DNA from: Octopus sinensis
Taxonomy: Eukaryota
Assembly (NCBI RefSeq): GCF_006345805.1
Contig: NW_021834710.1
Location: 1-63,012, forward strand
Direction: 5' to 3'
Length of the DNA stretch: 63,012 nt
The notes under the pieces were generated by a model. That model saw nothing but the letters and a program-made list of their open reading frames with translations. It had not been told where the DNA came from and ran no database searches. Of this stretch, positions 48,105 to 63,012 are shown piece after piece. Made by a program: the position numbers and the translations under genes. Numbering within the stretch: position 1 is the first letter of the stretch; each line of letters opens with the position of its first letter.

Positions 48105-49053
48105 TTTCTCATTCTAATGATATTAATGATACTTATTTCTATACATTTAGAAACTAAAGAAATAGCTGTCGAGTCAGAAGCAACTGGCTCGGCTGAGTGC
48201 CTAGCTATAAGAAAACCTTACATTACACTTAATAACCTCAATCAAAATCTTATTTATCATCTATCTTGTAGGTTAATAAATTCAAACAAAAGTTTGAGTT
48301 AGGTATAACGAATAAAACTATCTTCGGCACTTTTAATTCTTAGACTTACATAAACAACCGATTTACCATTATGGAATAACAGTATTTCTGCTATCAATTG
48401 GTTCTATAAGCATCTACATAAATGTGAGTTTGATGCCATACAAATTTATCTTTTATTAGCTGACTCTTTAATCGAAAAAGTATTCATTTTCGCTAAATAT
48501 CATATTTCAGTCAACGATTTTGATATCACCATAATCATAAATACAAGAATATTATTGCTTCTTTCGGTAATGTTCTATCGGAAAAAGATGCTAATTGTTT
48601 TCATACAACCATGGGTAATTTAGACAGGGCGGAAAAAGACAGCGACGTAACGGAATCGTTATTACACCAGACAAAATACCTTGTTGGACATGTTCAAGAT
48701 CTCTTCGCTCTGAGTTCAAGTCCCGCTGAAGTTATTTATTTTAATTTTATTTTTATTTTTAAGAATTAATGAATAAATAATGTTCCAATTTAATCTTCTC
48801 TCTCTTTCTCTCTGGATTATTTCAAAGGTTATCGCAGTGGTCTGCAGAGTGAGTAACTATATTCCTTACAGATTATGTTAATTCTATTAATTTTGCTTAG
48901 CACCAGTGACGTTGTAACTCATTTCTACAGATGGAAGCAGCGTGAAATAAAGTGCCTTGCTCAAGAACACAACTTATAGCCCGGTCTGGGAATTAGACTC
49001 ACTACCTCATGGTTGTGAGCCCGATCCTATAACCACTGAACTATGCATGTGCA

Positions 49054-49135
<82 letters not shown>

Positions 49136-49332
49136 GTGTGTGTGTGAAAATTAATATAAATAGCTAGGCGCAATATAATACCATAAAGGAGAAATTTCAT
49201 CGTCACTAATTGTGACAGAGAGTGCCGAAGCAAGAAATAATGTATATATGTATATAATCATACTTACGTATGTATGGGCATACATACATAAACATATATA
49301 TACATACATACATACATACATACATACATACA

Positions 49333-49368
<36 letters not shown>

Positions 49369-50194
49369 TATATAATACAAAATGGGACAAGAATGCAAAA
49401 CATCAGACAACTAAGTGATACAAAAAGGGACAACAAAACATCCAGATAGACGATACATTCGAGCTTTTTATCCTCAGTCAAGAACCGGATCATCCTCGCA
49501 ATTTCGGCAATTACAGTGGCTGTGTTGTAAGTAACTTGCTTTACCAACTACGTGGTTCCTAGTTCAGTCCCACTGCGTTGCACCTTGGGCAGGTGTCTTC
49601 TACTCGGCCGACCAAAGCCTTGTAAGTGGAGCTATATTATTTTATTCTTTTACTTGTTTCAATCATTTGACTGCGGCCGCGCTGGAGTACCGCCTTAAAG
49701 AGTCTTAGTCGAACAAATCAACCCAAGAACTTATTTTCTTAAAATCTAGTAATTATACTACTTGGCCTCAAGATGCTGCAGAGTGGGGTTGAACCAGAAA
49801 CGACGTGGTTGCAATTCGAGATTCTTAAACACGAAGCCAGGGGCTGCTTAATAGTAAGTATGTTTTTCAAAAATGTCACACTGAAGTTAATCCATGAAAA
49901 GAACAAACGAAATAACATTCTTCTCATATTATCTTGGTATTTAATTCAGGAAAAAAATTAATGTAAGCATGCTACCTTACCCGCTAACCTATTTTATATT
50001 CTAATCATCCTTGGCCTTCGCCTCCTCATTATCATCATCGTCGTCATCATCATCATCATCATCATCCTCATCATCATGAGTGCCAACAGCAGTACTACTA
50101 TTATCATCGTCTCGTTAACAACAAGAACGGTAACTTCTGCCGAGCAAAGTGAGAGCCGAAAAATTCGTATACAATGTTGCATATATACATGCAT

Positions 50195-50258
<64 letters not shown>

Positions 50259-50344
50259 GCACATGTACGTGCATACATACACACGCATATGTATATGTGT
50301 GTAACTGTACGTGTCTATCAACTTTTATGTGTGAATGAATGTAT

Positions 50345-50562
<218 letters not shown>

Positions 50563-50814
50563 AAAGACCGAGCTAATCCGCTTCAACATCAACGAGAATT
50601 AAGACCAACTGGCAGCCAAGAATAATTAACCAACGCATTAAGCACCGGTCACACAAACAACCCCCGTTACATTGCAAAAGAAAGGAAAAGAGCGATTAAC
50701 ATTCCTCTTTATTTAATACATTTTAGGGAGGAGTATCAAATACTTGCGGTATTTGACTCACCACATTCATTCATACTTATTAATGAATTAGAAACAATTA
50801 TTGTTATTATTATC

Positions 50815-51680
50815 AAAGCAGCGAGCTGGTAGGAACGTTAGCACGCCGGGCGAAATGCTTAGCGGTATTTCGTCTGCCGTCACGTTCTGAGTTCAAATTC
50901 CGCCGAAGTCGACTTTGCCTTTCATCCTTTCGGGGTCGATTAAATAAGTACCAGTACGCACTGCGGTCGATATAATCGACTTAGTCCGTTTGTCTGTACT
51001 TGTTTGTCCCCTCTCTGTTTTTAGCCCCATGTGGGTAGTAAAGAAATAGGTATTTCGTCTGCCGTTACGTTCTGAGTTCAAATTCTGCCGGGGTCGACTT
51101 TACCTTTCATCCTTTCGGGGTCGATAAATTAAGTACCAGTTACACACTGGGGTCGATGTAATCGACTTAATACCTATGTCTGTCCTTGTTTGTCCCCCTC
51201 TGTGTTTAGCCCCTTGTGGGTAATAAAGAAATAGGTATTTCGTCTGTCTTTATCCAAGGTCGACTTTACCTTTCATCCTTTTGGGAGTCGATAAATTAAG
51301 TACCAGTTGCGTACTGGGATCGATTTAATCGACTGGCCCCTCACCAAAAATTTCGGGCCTTGTGCTTAGAGTAGAAAAGATTATTATTATTTCCTTTATT
51401 TAAGGATGCAAGCTGGTAGAATCGTTAGCACGCTGGACGGAATGCTTAGCGGCATATCGCCCGTCTTAAAGATGCTCTGAGTTCAAATTCGACCGAGGTT
51501 GACTTTGTCTTTAATCCAAACGGGGTCGATAAATTTAGTACTAGTGAAGCACTGGGGTCGATCTAATCGACTAGTCCCCTCCCGCCAAATCTGCCGAGGT
51601 CGAATTTGCCTTTCATCCTTTCGGAGTCGATAAAATAAGTACCAGTTGAACACCGGGGTTGATGTAATCGACTCTTCCCC
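50815..51680 (+). repeat. SINE family C tandem array plus further C-type copies
   Basis: One head then ~186-bp body units (anchors 50966, 51152, ~51320); extra copies to 51680. Confidence 0.85.
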
Positions 51681-51725
51681 ATAATAATAATAATAATAAT
51701 AATAACAATAACAATAATAATAATG

Positions 51726-51818
<93 letters not shown>

Positions 51819-51872
51819 GCAACAGCAACAGCAACAACAACAACAGCAACAGCAACAGCAGCAGCAGCAACG

Positions 51873-51908
<36 letters not shown>

Positions 51909-51971
51909 ACAATAGTAATAACAATAACAATAACAATAATAGTAATAAAAATAATAATAATAATAATAATA

Positions 51972-52002
<31 letters not shown>

Positions 52003-52003
<1 letters not shown>

Positions 52004-52553
52004 GTGAGAGAGCAGTGCATACCGTCAAAGTGACACTGGGGTAAAATATACGAAGCCCAATATACCCATCATGACTACCCGTCTGATAAAGGTACACCAG
52101 GCACATGCATCACAACCATATGTGCGCGACATGGTGATCTCATATCAAGATAAACAGCACATGACCTTGCAGGTGGGGCCCAGTTAGAATTTTCTTCAGG
52201 TTGAGTAGCCCATCCCGCTCAAAAGGTCCCTGAATAAGGGTTGTTGTTTAAGATGTTGAAAGAACCACCCATGTTCCAGAGGTGAATTATTCAAACCCCA
52301 AAGAATCCCTCTCAACACATGGCTATGATGCTCCCCCACTATTTCTGCTCGTGATCAGAGATGCACATATCGTCAGCCACTAAGGGACATGCTCAACTGG
52401 TAAGGTCAAACACTGACAAGCAAATCTGTGGTATTGAGCAGAATATTTGCTGTAGCCCATCTTTTATACAAGACAAAACAATGTACATAACACTTCCAAT
52501 CAGTTAAGATCAGAAGCCATGAGAGCCACTGCCTGGTACTGCATCAGGGCATT
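52003..52553 (-). mobile_element. Retroposon family D, longest copy, embedded in (ATT)n
   Basis: Matches 4071-4579 and extends further; (ATT)n both sides. Confidence 0.88.
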
Positions 52554-52583
52554 TTATTATTATTATTATTATCATTATTATTA

Positions 52584-52652
<69 letters not shown>

Positions 52653-52819
52653 TATTATTATTCTTTTCTTTTTTTTTTACTATAAGGTGGCGAGCTTATA
52701 ATCGATGTGATCGACTATCCTCCTTCCCCAAAATTTCAGGCCTCGTGTTTATAGTAGAAAGGATTTTGTGGAGCTTTGTCGAACAGCTGTTGATGCGTGT
52801 AGGAGGATCCGGTTACCAG

Positions 52820-53120
52820 CCAAGTCCATCGTGAAGATCACCAAGAAAAGGCAGTTTTTCTCTGTCTAGTGGCTATGGCGAAGGGGGTAGAGTAGCGGAC
52901 GAGATTGAAAGGACCGAAGATGGGTACTTTCCCCTTCGGCAAAGCCCTCATCGACTTTTTCAAGTTCCACTTGAAAAAGAAAGTGAGGGTGGAAAAGAAA
53001 GTTCTGTCCCCATCCCACTCCGCCCCATCCTACCCCAGTATTTTTATTGAAAAGGTGGGTGAATGTGGCGAGGATGACCCGTGTAAATGGGCCTATTCTG
53101 AATATTCGCATGTAAACCGG
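52820..53120 (+). mobile_element. L1/Tx1-like LINE 3' fragment, second copy
   Basis: TRLKGPKMGTFPFGKALIDFFKFHLKKKVRVEKKVLS; homologous to 40382-40679. Confidence 0.55.
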
Positions 53121-53469
53121 AGGAGTTGAGAAGGAGAGGGGCTCCTGTCGTTGTTCACCTGGTAGTCGGGGTCACCAGATTGTGTGGTGTTCCTCAACTG
53201 TCTCTATGAGGAACTCCCATCTTTTAGTTGGGTAATCTTTTATTGTTTAATATTTTTGTTTAATTATATTGTTAGTTGTTATTGTTATTTATTTTATACT
53301 CGACATTGTTCCACACTTCACTTGTCCTTAGTTTTATTTTGTCCTTATTTGTTTTGTGTTGAGCCTTGTGTCCAACAAAAAATTCATTATTACTATTTGA
53401 TGAAAACTCTCAGTTTATTTTGCTGGGTATGATGGAATGACCACAGCCAGCAGACTAATGTGACATTTG

Positions 53470-53725
53470 TTTACTGGTCATGCTTCAATTCCAAGCAATG
53501 CTGATTTTTGTAGGTGTTCTACCTTCACGCTTGCACCTTTTTTTTTTCAGCCATGTCGGTAGTTGAGTGCTGATACTTCCAGTGCACCAATTGCTATTGG
53601 TATCACGTCTACTCTCTTCATTAACCACAACCTTCGTATTTCCCACTTAAAATCATCATAGTTGTTTATTTTTTCACCTTCTTTCACATTAATCCTGTTG
53701 TCACCGGATCATGCTTCAAAAACTT
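53470..53725 (-). mobile_element. R4/Dong-like LINE RLE C-terminal fragment
   Basis: Minus-strand SGDNRINVKEGEKINNYDDFKWEIRRLWLMKRVDVIPIAIGAL, then frameshifted remainder. Confidence 0.8.
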
Positions 53726-54064
53726 TGCGATGAATTTTTGCAGTTTCAAACAATGTTGATTATTGTAGGTGTTCTACTTTTAAATTTGTACCAATCTTTT
53801 TGACCCATATTGATAGTTCAGTGCCATGCCGGGAAAAATGTTTAGCGGCATTTCATACGTCTTTACGATCTGAACTGAAATTCCGCCGAGGTCGACTCTA
53901 CCTTTCATATTTTGGAGAACGAAGAATTAAGTACAGTTGAGTGACATGGTCGATATAATCGACTAACTTCTCTTTCAAAATTTCAGGCAAAATATATCAA
54001 CCCACACGGTACGTTTCTACTCATCCACGGTCTATAAACCGACAACCAATGCCATTTGGTGGTA

Positions 54065-54305
54065 AAAGGAAAGGTGGTGAGCTGGCAGAGTCATTAGCAT
54101 GCTGGGCGAAATGCTTAGCGATATTTCGTCTGTCGTTACGTTCTGAGTTCAAATTCCGCCGAGGTCGACTTTGCCTTTCATCCTTTCGGGGTCGATTAAA
54201 TAAGTACCAGTTACGCACTGGGGTCGATATAATCGATTTAATCCGTTTGTCTGTCCTTGTTTGTCCTCTCTATGTTTAGCCCCTTGTGGGTAGTATAGAA
54301 ATAGG
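54065..54305 (+). mobile_element. SINE family C
   Basis: aaggtggtgagctggcagagtcattagcatgctgggcgaaatgc...ccccttgtgggtagtatagaaatagg. Confidence 0.9.
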
Positions 54306-54788
54306 TAAAAGGAAAGGCATTGGTGACCAACCCTCGAGGATATAGGATACAAAGCACTAATCTAAGACGCTATAGAGTGGGATCATTCTTCAAGCGACTT
54401 ATCGGTAAATCGATCTATTTATCTTAAAAGAAACGTCCTTGCTTGCGCCCTAGCAGGTATATATTGGCGTCTTAAATATTATACGCGCGAGCGCGTATGT
54501 ATGTGTGTGCGTGTGCGCGCGTATGTGTGTGTGTGTGTACGTGTGAGTGTGTCTATGTGTGTGTAGGAGTCACAACCGCTAGCTATCAAGACGAATTCGT
54601 GAGAAATAGAACATGTATCAGCACATGTTTTCATACGAATTCCAATGTTTGTGTGTGGTCAGTTTCGGCTTATCAAACAGAACGTTATTACGCGACAATC
54701 CGTCGTGACTATATCATCACTACTAGTAGTAGTAGTAGTAGCAGTAGTGATTTTTCCCCACCTTAGGCTGGATGGTAACAAGTCAATA

Positions 54789-54825
<37 letters not shown>

Positions 54826-54999
54826 AAGTTACTTAATGTCAAACGAATGAGATAAGAGTACTCAATAATGTCGTAGAGGATATGACTTTCCAAATCAAAA
54901 TTGAAGCTGGAAGTTGTCTCACGACTCGAGTTTCACTTGTAATAAAAAAAAATGTTAAACTAAGAATACACACACATACACACTCACCCCCCCCACACA

Positions 55000-55418
55000 G
55001 GATCTTTTCGGTTTGAACGGCAGTTTTTAACATAATTTCTAGGTAACTAAAAAATTTTAAACTTCGTATACTGGTAGAATGTGTTTATAAAACATCTTTT
55101 TCTCTTGGCTTTATCGAGAAAATTCTATAGTTTGTAAGATATTTGTTGTTGTTGTTTTTCTTCAATTTCTGCAATTTCAACCAATCAGTGACGTCTATTG
55201 AGTTAAAAAGCATTCTGTGCCGTATGAATATGTCCCTCGTTTAAGAAACAGATTGGGTTTATTTACATTTGTGAAGAAAAAAAGATACCCTTCCCCCACC
55301 CCTAACCCTAACCCTAAAAGAGATTGAAATGCAATATATCGATTCTAGGGTCATAATTATGGGTGACAATTTCATATGACACCGCTAGAAAAAACTGCCG
55401 TCCAAACCGAAAAGATCC
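55000..55418. mobile_element. ~420-bp MITE with internal (CCCTAA)n, copy 2, perfect 9-bp TSD
   Basis: TSD ccccacaca at 54991-54999 and 55419-55427. Confidence 0.93.
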
Positions 55419-55639
55419 CCCCACACACACACACACATATATATGTATGTGTACGCACACATACATACACATAGAAATAGTGTGTGCGCGCCCATGTTAT
55501 CTCCGGTTGAATACCGTTGTAGATTTGTCTTTCAATGATATATTTACATTAAGTATGATTCACACACACGTAACTCAGTTTTTGAAACGGTGAAACTCGA
55601 AGCAAATAAAACTATAAATAATTCTCATTTTATTTCTTA

Positions 55640-57210
55640 TTTCTTTATTGTTACAAGGGGCTAGACATAGAGGGGACAAACAAGGACAGACAAATGGATT
55701 AAGTCGATTACATCGACCCCAGTGTGTAACTGGTACTTAATTTATCGATCCCGAAAAGATGAAAGGCAAAGTCGACCTCGGCGGAATTTGAACTCAGAAA
55801 GTAGCGGCAGACGAAGTACCACTAATCATTTCTCCCAGCGTGCTAACGTTTCTGCCAGCAAGTCGCCTTATCTACAAATAATTCTTTCTGCTATGAGCAC
55901 AATGTCTGGAATTTGTTGGGAGGGGGATAGTCGATCACAACGACCCTAGTACTTAATTTATCGACTCCCCCTCCCCCAAGGGATGAAATTTGAACTCAGA
56001 ATGTAAAGACAGACAAAATGTCGCTAAGCATATTGCCGTTTTAACGATTCTGTCAGTTCGCCGCCTTAAAAAAGCTATGAATAATCCTTTCTTCTGAAGG
56101 CACAAGGCCTAAAATTTGTGGGATGGGGACTAGTCGATTACAACCAACCCCAGTGTTTCACTGGTACTTATTTAATCGTCCCCGAAAGGATAAAAGTCGA
56201 AGTCGACCGCGGCGGAATTTGAACTCAGAACGTAAAGACAGGCGAAATACCTATTTCTTTATTACCCACAAGGGGCTAAACACAGAGGGGACAAACAAGG
56301 ACAGACAAACGGATCAAGTCGATTAGATTGACCCCAGTGTGTAACTGGTACTTATTTAATCGACCGCGAAAGGATGAAAGGCAAAGTTGACCTCGAGTGA
56401 ATTTGAACTCAGAACGTAAAGACAGACGAAACACCGCTAAGCATTTCGCCCGGCGTGCTAACGTTTCAGCCAGATCGCCGCCTTAATTAACCTATAAATA
56501 GTTTGTTTTTTATTACCCACAAGGGGCTAAACATAGAGGGGACAAACAAAGACAAAGGGATTAAGTCGATTACATCGACTCCAGTGCGTAACTGGTACTT
56601 ATTTAATCGACCGCGAAAGGATGAAAGGCAAAGTCGGCCTCGGCGGAATTTGAACTCAGATCGCAGCGGCAGACGAAATACTACAAAGCATTTCGCCCGG
56701 CGTGCTAACGTTTCAGCCAGATCGCCGCCTTAATTAACCTATAAATAATTTGTTTTTTTATTACCCACAAGGGGCTAAACATAGAGGGGACAAACAAAGA
56801 CAAAGGGATTAAGTCGATTACATCGACTCCAGTGCGTAACTGGTACTTATTTAATCGACCGCGAAAGGATGAAAGGCAAAGTCGGCCTCGGCGGAATTTG
56901 AACTCAGATCGCAGCGGCAGACGAAATACTACAAAGCATTTCGCCCGGCGTGCTAACGTTTCAGCCAGATCGCCGCCTTAATTAACCTATAAATAATTTG
57001 TTTTTTTATTACCCACAGGGGCTAAACATAGAGGGGACAAACAAAGACAAAGGGATTAAGTCGATTACATCGACTCCAGTGCGTACTGGTACTTATTAAT
57101 CGACCGCGAAAGGATGAAAGGCAAAGTCGGCCTCCGCGGAATTTGAACTCAGAACGTAACGGCAGACGAAATACTACAAAGCATTTCGCCCGGCGTGCTA
57201 ACGTTTCTGC
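55640..57210 (-). repeat. SINE family C cluster including three near-identical 245-248-bp head-to-tail monomers
   Basis: Anchor acgtttc at 56461, 56708, 56956, 57201. Confidence 0.9.
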
Positions 57211-58039
57211 CTGCGTGTAAATATTGGGTGAAAAATCCTTTCGGATAGAGACACTCGGAGGCTGCCATGTGTTCAGAAGATGCGGGTTCAAGTCCGAAAT
57301 GCAGCCTTCGACTTTACGCTACATTCGAATTACACCAAAATGGAATTATTTCACGTTCTCTCGAATTTTCTATATTCTTATGACGTCAATAACACACACT
57401 TATGTTGAGGGAGTGAGGTGGGGGGGGGGAAATGCCCAGCTTAGATCTGAAAGGAAGCTTAACGCGTAAAACGTATTTGCGGGAGTCTTGATTTCTCACA
57501 TAGGCTAAAGACGTCAAAGTTTGGGGCGAAGAAATAGTCTGTGGCATCGACCCGTTCCCATACTTATTTAGCACTTTTTTTAAAATCGTCCCCGATAGTT
57601 GAATGACGAAGTTGATCTCAGCGGAAGTTGATATGACACTGAGTTCAGTCCCACAGCATGGCACCTTGGACAAGTGTCTTCTACTATAGCCTGGTGCCAG
57701 CCAAAGCTTTATGTGTGGATTTGGTAGACGGATACTGAAAGAAGCTCGTCGTTGCATCTGGTATTATTGCAATATTCCACGCCCACTAATGAGCAGTGCT
57801 TCATGGTTACGAAACAATTGTCGCAATAATAAATTGCTCCTTGTCACACTCCGTCTTCTCTGATATATATGTATATATATACAAGCAGATGGATTTAGCT
57901 TCACTTGAATTATAAACTCATAGCCTAGACATGGTACTGTTTGCCTGTAGTGTAAGATTTGTGTATTTCTCAGAAAATAATACTTACTTTTAATACGCAA
58001 GAACACAGATCCTGAAATGAAATAGAAGCGGTTATGCAT

Positions 58040-58160
58040 AGGGAGAGTTTACGAAAAAAAACAAAAGACGAAGACAGGTGGTGTAGAAAACAAACAGATC
58101 TATTAGTATAACGCTCAGGAATAGAAAAAGTCTTTTACATTTCGAGCCTACGCTCTTTTG
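58040..58160 (-). mobile_element. Hammerhead-bearing repeat, degenerate and truncated
   Basis: aaaacaaaagacgaagacaggtggtgtag...tttcgagcctacgctct, homologous to 44225-44420. Confidence 0.7.
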
Positions 58161-58394
58161 CATAGGGACTAGGCTTTGAAAAAAATAAGTTCTGAAGTCG
58201 ATTTGTTCGACTAAGTCTCGTCAAAGCGGTGTTCCAGCATGGCCGCAGTCAAATGACTGAACCAAGTAAAAGAATAAACGAATAATTTATGTTATTTTGT
58301 CCGGCACTCTCATGAAATCGATGATGCACTTAAAAAAAGTTATAATTCGGAATAAAAATTAAATTTGTTCAAATGAAAGAGACACGAAGATTAG

Positions 58395-59042
<648 letters not shown>

Positions 59043-59483
59043 GGAGAGCGGTAGTTTGCTTCAAAGTGTGGAGGTGGAGAGTAATTTTAAGGACGCGCGT
59101 GCAGTAATGTTGATTAAAATGAAGTTGAGAAGTTCAAATGAAGGCCGGCGGCGAAGTACAGATTTGGGAAAAATTCCTTTCAACCAACAACAAATACACT
59201 CACACATGCAAACACATGACAATCATGTACTCTTCCACACAAATACTTAAAAAATATTTACATACAAATATTTTCACACCCACACGAGTTCACGAACTGA
59301 CACCACGCACACACACACACATTATGTTATCTTCTGATTGTGTGCAACACTCCCAAAAATAATGTCGATTCACTTCTTCGTATGAAGTACTGAATGAATG
59401 AATGAAAGAAAAGGAAGGACAGTTATATTCTCTCGCGTTACCTTCTCTCCCGCTTCCCCATCTCTCTCTCTCTTTCTCTCTGC

Positions 59484-59537
<54 letters not shown>

Positions 59538-59896
59538 GTTCTTTCCCTCTCTCTCTCTTGTTCAGGCCACTGGTGATGTCCTCCAATTTCGACCGCGATT
59601 TGAAATTCCCAAGTATATTTTTGTGTTATTTTTATTCGTTTAGTTCCAGTGATTTTTTTTCTGCAGTCATGCTGGAGCACCGCCTTAAATTTTTAGTCGA
59701 ATGAATCGACCCCAGGACTTATTTTTAAGCCTAGTACTTATTCTTCCCCGTTGACAGGCCCCTTGTATGTGTGGTTACGTTGGATTATATGGATAAGGTA
59801 AATTAGGTAAATGAATGGAGGCGTTTTGGATTGATGGTATGGCTGTAATTGTATGTGCGAAATTGTTTTATAAGGCATTCATTTGATATATATATA

Positions 59897-60290
59897 CTAG
59901 CAGTATCGCCCGGCGTTGCTCGGGTTTGTTAGGGAAATAACTATATAAGCATTTTTAGAGAGTTATAGCCAAAAATTAGCAAAAAAATGTATTAAAATGG
60001 AAAAAAAAAATGATGTAAATTTTTTTTTAATCGTTGACTCATCGTAGACATTTTTAGAGAGTTACTTCCTTATATAATAGCGAAAAAAATGCATTAAAAT
60101 GGAAAAAAATTATGGTAATTTTTTTTTAAATCGGTAGACTCATCGTAGACGCGCGCTAATACCAGAAGGCTCGATATGAATCACGACTATAGATACTCGG
60201 TTTTGGTTAAACGGCACCGCAAAATGTGGGAGTAGTTAGGAATCTAAATCGTAGGAGACAGACACACAACTTGACTTTTATATATAAAGA
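59897..60290 (-). mobile_element. Complete non-autonomous Helitron (394 bp)
   Basis: Minus: A|TCtttatatataaaagtcaag...cccgagcaacgccggg hairpin, cgatactgCTAG|T; no TSD, inserted in AT. Confidence 0.88.
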
Positions 60291-60319
60291 TATATCAAAT
60301 ATATATATATATATATGGG

Positions 60320-60470
60320 GTGAGAATTCACAAAAAAAAAAACAAAAGAGGAAGACAGGTGGTGTAGACAGCAACCAGATGTATTAGTTTAACACTCGCG
60401 AAGTGAAAAAGACTTTAACGTTTCGAGCTTACGCTCTTCCACAGAAAGAAACACAGAACGAAACAGCGAT
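60320..60470 (-). mobile_element. Hammerhead-bearing repeat (CUGUGGA variant)
   Basis: Minus cttt CTGTGGA A GAGC GTAA GCTC GAAA CG TT aaag at 60413-60448. Confidence 0.75.
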
Positions 60471-60512
60471 AGAAAATAAAGAATGTGTAGTGGCTAGCGA
60501 TCTATCATGGCG

Positions 60513-60556
<44 letters not shown>

Positions 60557-60574
60557 TATACACATATACATACT

Positions 60575-60606
<32 letters not shown>

Positions 60607-60659
60607 GCACACAGACACACATATACATACATACATACATACATCGTTGACGATTTTCT

Positions 60660-60856
60660 TGTAGCGTCGGTGTTTGTCCCTCGACCATCGCTTGATAACC
60701 GATGCTGGTGTGTTTACATCCCCGTAACTTAGCAGTTCGGCAAAAGACGCCAATAGAAAGGCTTACAAAGAATAAGTCCTGGAGTCGATTTTTTACAACT
60801 AAAGGCGGTGCTCCAGCATGGCCGCAGTCAAATGACTGAAAGAAAAGAATAAAAGA
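60660..60856 (+). mobile_element. SINE family A, 3' half
   Basis: catcgcttgataaccgatgctggtgtg...ggcggtgctccagcatggccgcagtcaaatgactgaaag. Confidence 0.88.
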
Positions 60857-60877
60857 GTATGTCTGTGTGTGCGTGTA

Positions 60878-60916
<39 letters not shown>

Positions 60917-60923
60917 TAGAGAG

Positions 60924-60964
<41 letters not shown>

Positions 60965-61039
60965 ATCTCAACACGTGGAACCGTTAATCCCGACAGATCT
61001 TTTTCTCCCCGGTTTCTTTTTCTCCTTCTCTCCAACCTA

Positions 61040-61170
61040 TCCCGTGAACCCCTTCTGTCGATGAGAGTAGGCTCTAAACGTCAATAACTTTTCCATTCTT
61101 CCCGAGCGTCATACTAATACACCTGCTTGTTGTTTTCTCACCTGTCGTCGTCTTTTATTTTCTGTACATT
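61040..61170 (+). mobile_element. Hammerhead-bearing repeat, degenerate
   Basis: cctt CTGTCGA T GAGA GTAG GCTC TAAA CG TC; downstream cccgagcg..ctaatac matches the family. Confidence 0.65.
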
Positions 61171-61284
61171 TCAACTATCTGTGTGTGTGGGGGTGTGTGT
61201 GTATACATATACACTGCACAAAAATGTTAACACCAAAATCTGATATTGACCCCAGAAACCATTTATGGACACCGGTTTAATCAA

Positions 61285-61702
61285 AGGCGGCGAGCTGGCA
61301 GAATCGTTAGCACGCCGGGCGAAATACTTAGCGGTATTTCGTCTGCCGCTGCATTCTGAGTTCAAATTCCGCCGAGGTCGACTTTGCCTTTCATCCTTTC
61401 GGGGTCGATAAATTAAGTACCAGTCAAGCACTGGGGTCGATGTAATCGACTTAATACCTATGTCTGTCCTTGTTTGTCCCCTCTATGTTTAGCCCCTTGT
61501 TGGTAATAAAGAAATAGGTATTTCGTCTGCGTTACGTTGTGAGTTCAAATTCCGCCGAGGTCGACTTTGCTTTTCATCCTTTCGGGGTCGATAAATTAAG
61601 TACCAGTTACGCACTGGGGTCGATGTAATCGACTTAATACCTATGTCTGTCCTTGTTTGTCCTCTCTGTATTTAGCCCCTTGTGAGTAATAAAGAAATAG
61701 GT
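61285..61702 (+). mobile_element. SINE family C dimer
   Basis: One head, two ~182-bp body units. Confidence 0.9.
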
Positions 61703-61950
61703 TTAATCAAATTTTATTCACTATTACTAATTCTCAAGATTCACATTTAAAGAAGAGTCCCATATTTGCTAATTAGGCAGAATTACGACGGGAGATAGAA
61801 TGAAAGGCATTCGCGTCTCAATATGGCTATCCCATTGGAACTTCAATTTATACCACAACAAGGTCCAGTCCTTGTTCTGCAGTGGCTTGTATGTCTCAGT
61901 GATTTTAACAGCTATTTCAGCAAAACACAAGCTCCTTGTAGGGCCTGCTC

Positions 61951-62373
61951 GGATCTTTTCGGTTTGAACAGCAGTTTTTAACATAATTTCTAGGTAACTA
62001 AAAAATCTTAAACTTCGTATACTGGTAGAATGTGTTTATAAAACATCTTTTTCTCTTGGCTTTATTGAGAAAATGCTATAGTTTGTAAGATATTTGTTGT
62101 TTTTTTCTTCAATTTCTGCAATTTCAACCAATCAATGACATTCATTGAGGTAAAAAACATTCTGTGTCGTATGAATATGTCCCTCGTTTAAGAAACAGAT
62201 TGGGTTTATTTACATTTGTGAAGAAAAAAAGATACCCTTCCCCCACCCTTAACCCTAACCCTAACCCTAAAAGAGATTGAAATGCAATAGATCGATACTA
62301 GGGTCATAATTATAGGTGACAATTTCATATGACACCGCTAGAAAATAAACTGCCGTTCAAACCGAAAAGATCC
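61951..62373. mobile_element. ~420-bp MITE with internal (CCCTAA)n, copy 3
   Basis: TIRs as in the other copies; 9-bp TSD ggcctgctc/gcactgctc (7/9). Confidence 0.92.
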
Positions 62374-63012
62374 GCACTGCTCTGCTGGACAGGCCAAAAG
62401 ATGTACGGCGAGCTTCCACACAGTTTCCGTCTGTAAAACTTACTTTCGAGGAATTAATCGGTCCAGAGCTACAGCAAAAAGCATTTGCCCAAAGTAAGCG
62501 CTGTGGAAGTAAACCAGAACTCACGTGGCAGTAAAGATCTTTTCGACCACACAGCCCTCTAAACGCGTACAAACCCAACCCAAGTCCTTTTGTTCCTCTC
62601 TACGGCGCACCTCTCCGTCATTTGAATTCAGTTCGGCGCCGCGAACGAATAAAACAGTCGTGGGTGTTAATGTTGCTTGTTGTATTTTGCCGCAACAAAC
62701 AAACAAAAATTGTGAACTACTTCACCCCGTGGGACTTTGTTTCGAGTTAGGTTGACTGAATGGGCCGAGTGCTTGGAATTAAGCAACGCATAATATATGC
62801 AGATGGTACTTTGTAAAACGATTATGTTGGTTGACGAAAACATCAAAATACAATTGCACTGCGTGTGTGCGTGCGTGTGTGTGTTTGTTTGTTTGTGTGT
62901 GTGTTTGTGTGTGTGTGTGAGGTTAATTGGCAAGTTACTGTTTGTTCTAAATTATATATATATATATAGATAATCCTCTATTTACCTAATATCGAATGGA
63001 GGTTTCATTCTT

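Noticed and set aside
55290-55320. TTAGGG repeats suggesting a telomere or chromosome fusion site
   Set aside because: Only two to three units, always at the same position inside a MITE
55640-57210. Regularly spaced repeats resembling a CRISPR array
   Set aside because: Units are 180-250-bp SINE monomers without unique spacers, in eukaryotic DNA with no cas genes
57386-57757. 123-aa minus-strand ORF
   Set aside because: Starts inside a SINE A head and runs into unique DNA; no recognisable domain

Overview
AT-rich eukaryotic DNA with dense microsatellites. It is almost certainly a coleoid cephalopod (Octopus), judged from recalled similarity of the dominant tRNA-headed SINE families; no database search was run. 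Most of the window is repeats: (i) several SINE families, labelled A, B, C and E here, plus a microsatellite-associated retroposon D; (ii) decayed LINE pieces (R4/Dong-type RLE, RTE, L1/Tx1); (iii) Tc1/mariner relics, two built as foldbacks from two copies of the same end; (iv) a ~420-bp MITE with 8-9 bp TSDs and internal TTAGGG repeats (3 copies); (v) non-autonomous Helitrons. There is one intact tRNA-Asp(GTC) gene at 29019-29090. No long genuine CDS is present, and nearly all listed ORFs are microsatellite artefacts. A few tiny splice-flanked, phase-compatible unique segments suggest a + strand host gene with very large introns ending at 47159-47271, but this is unproven. The most interesting signal is a set of at least three repeat families carrying minimal type I hammerhead-ribozyme folds with family-specific core variants (CUGAUGA, CUGACGA, CCGACGA, CUGUCGA). 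One is fused to a tRNA-like Pol III head, and two occur as outward-facing inverted (foldback) duplications, as expected for Penelope-like mobilisation.
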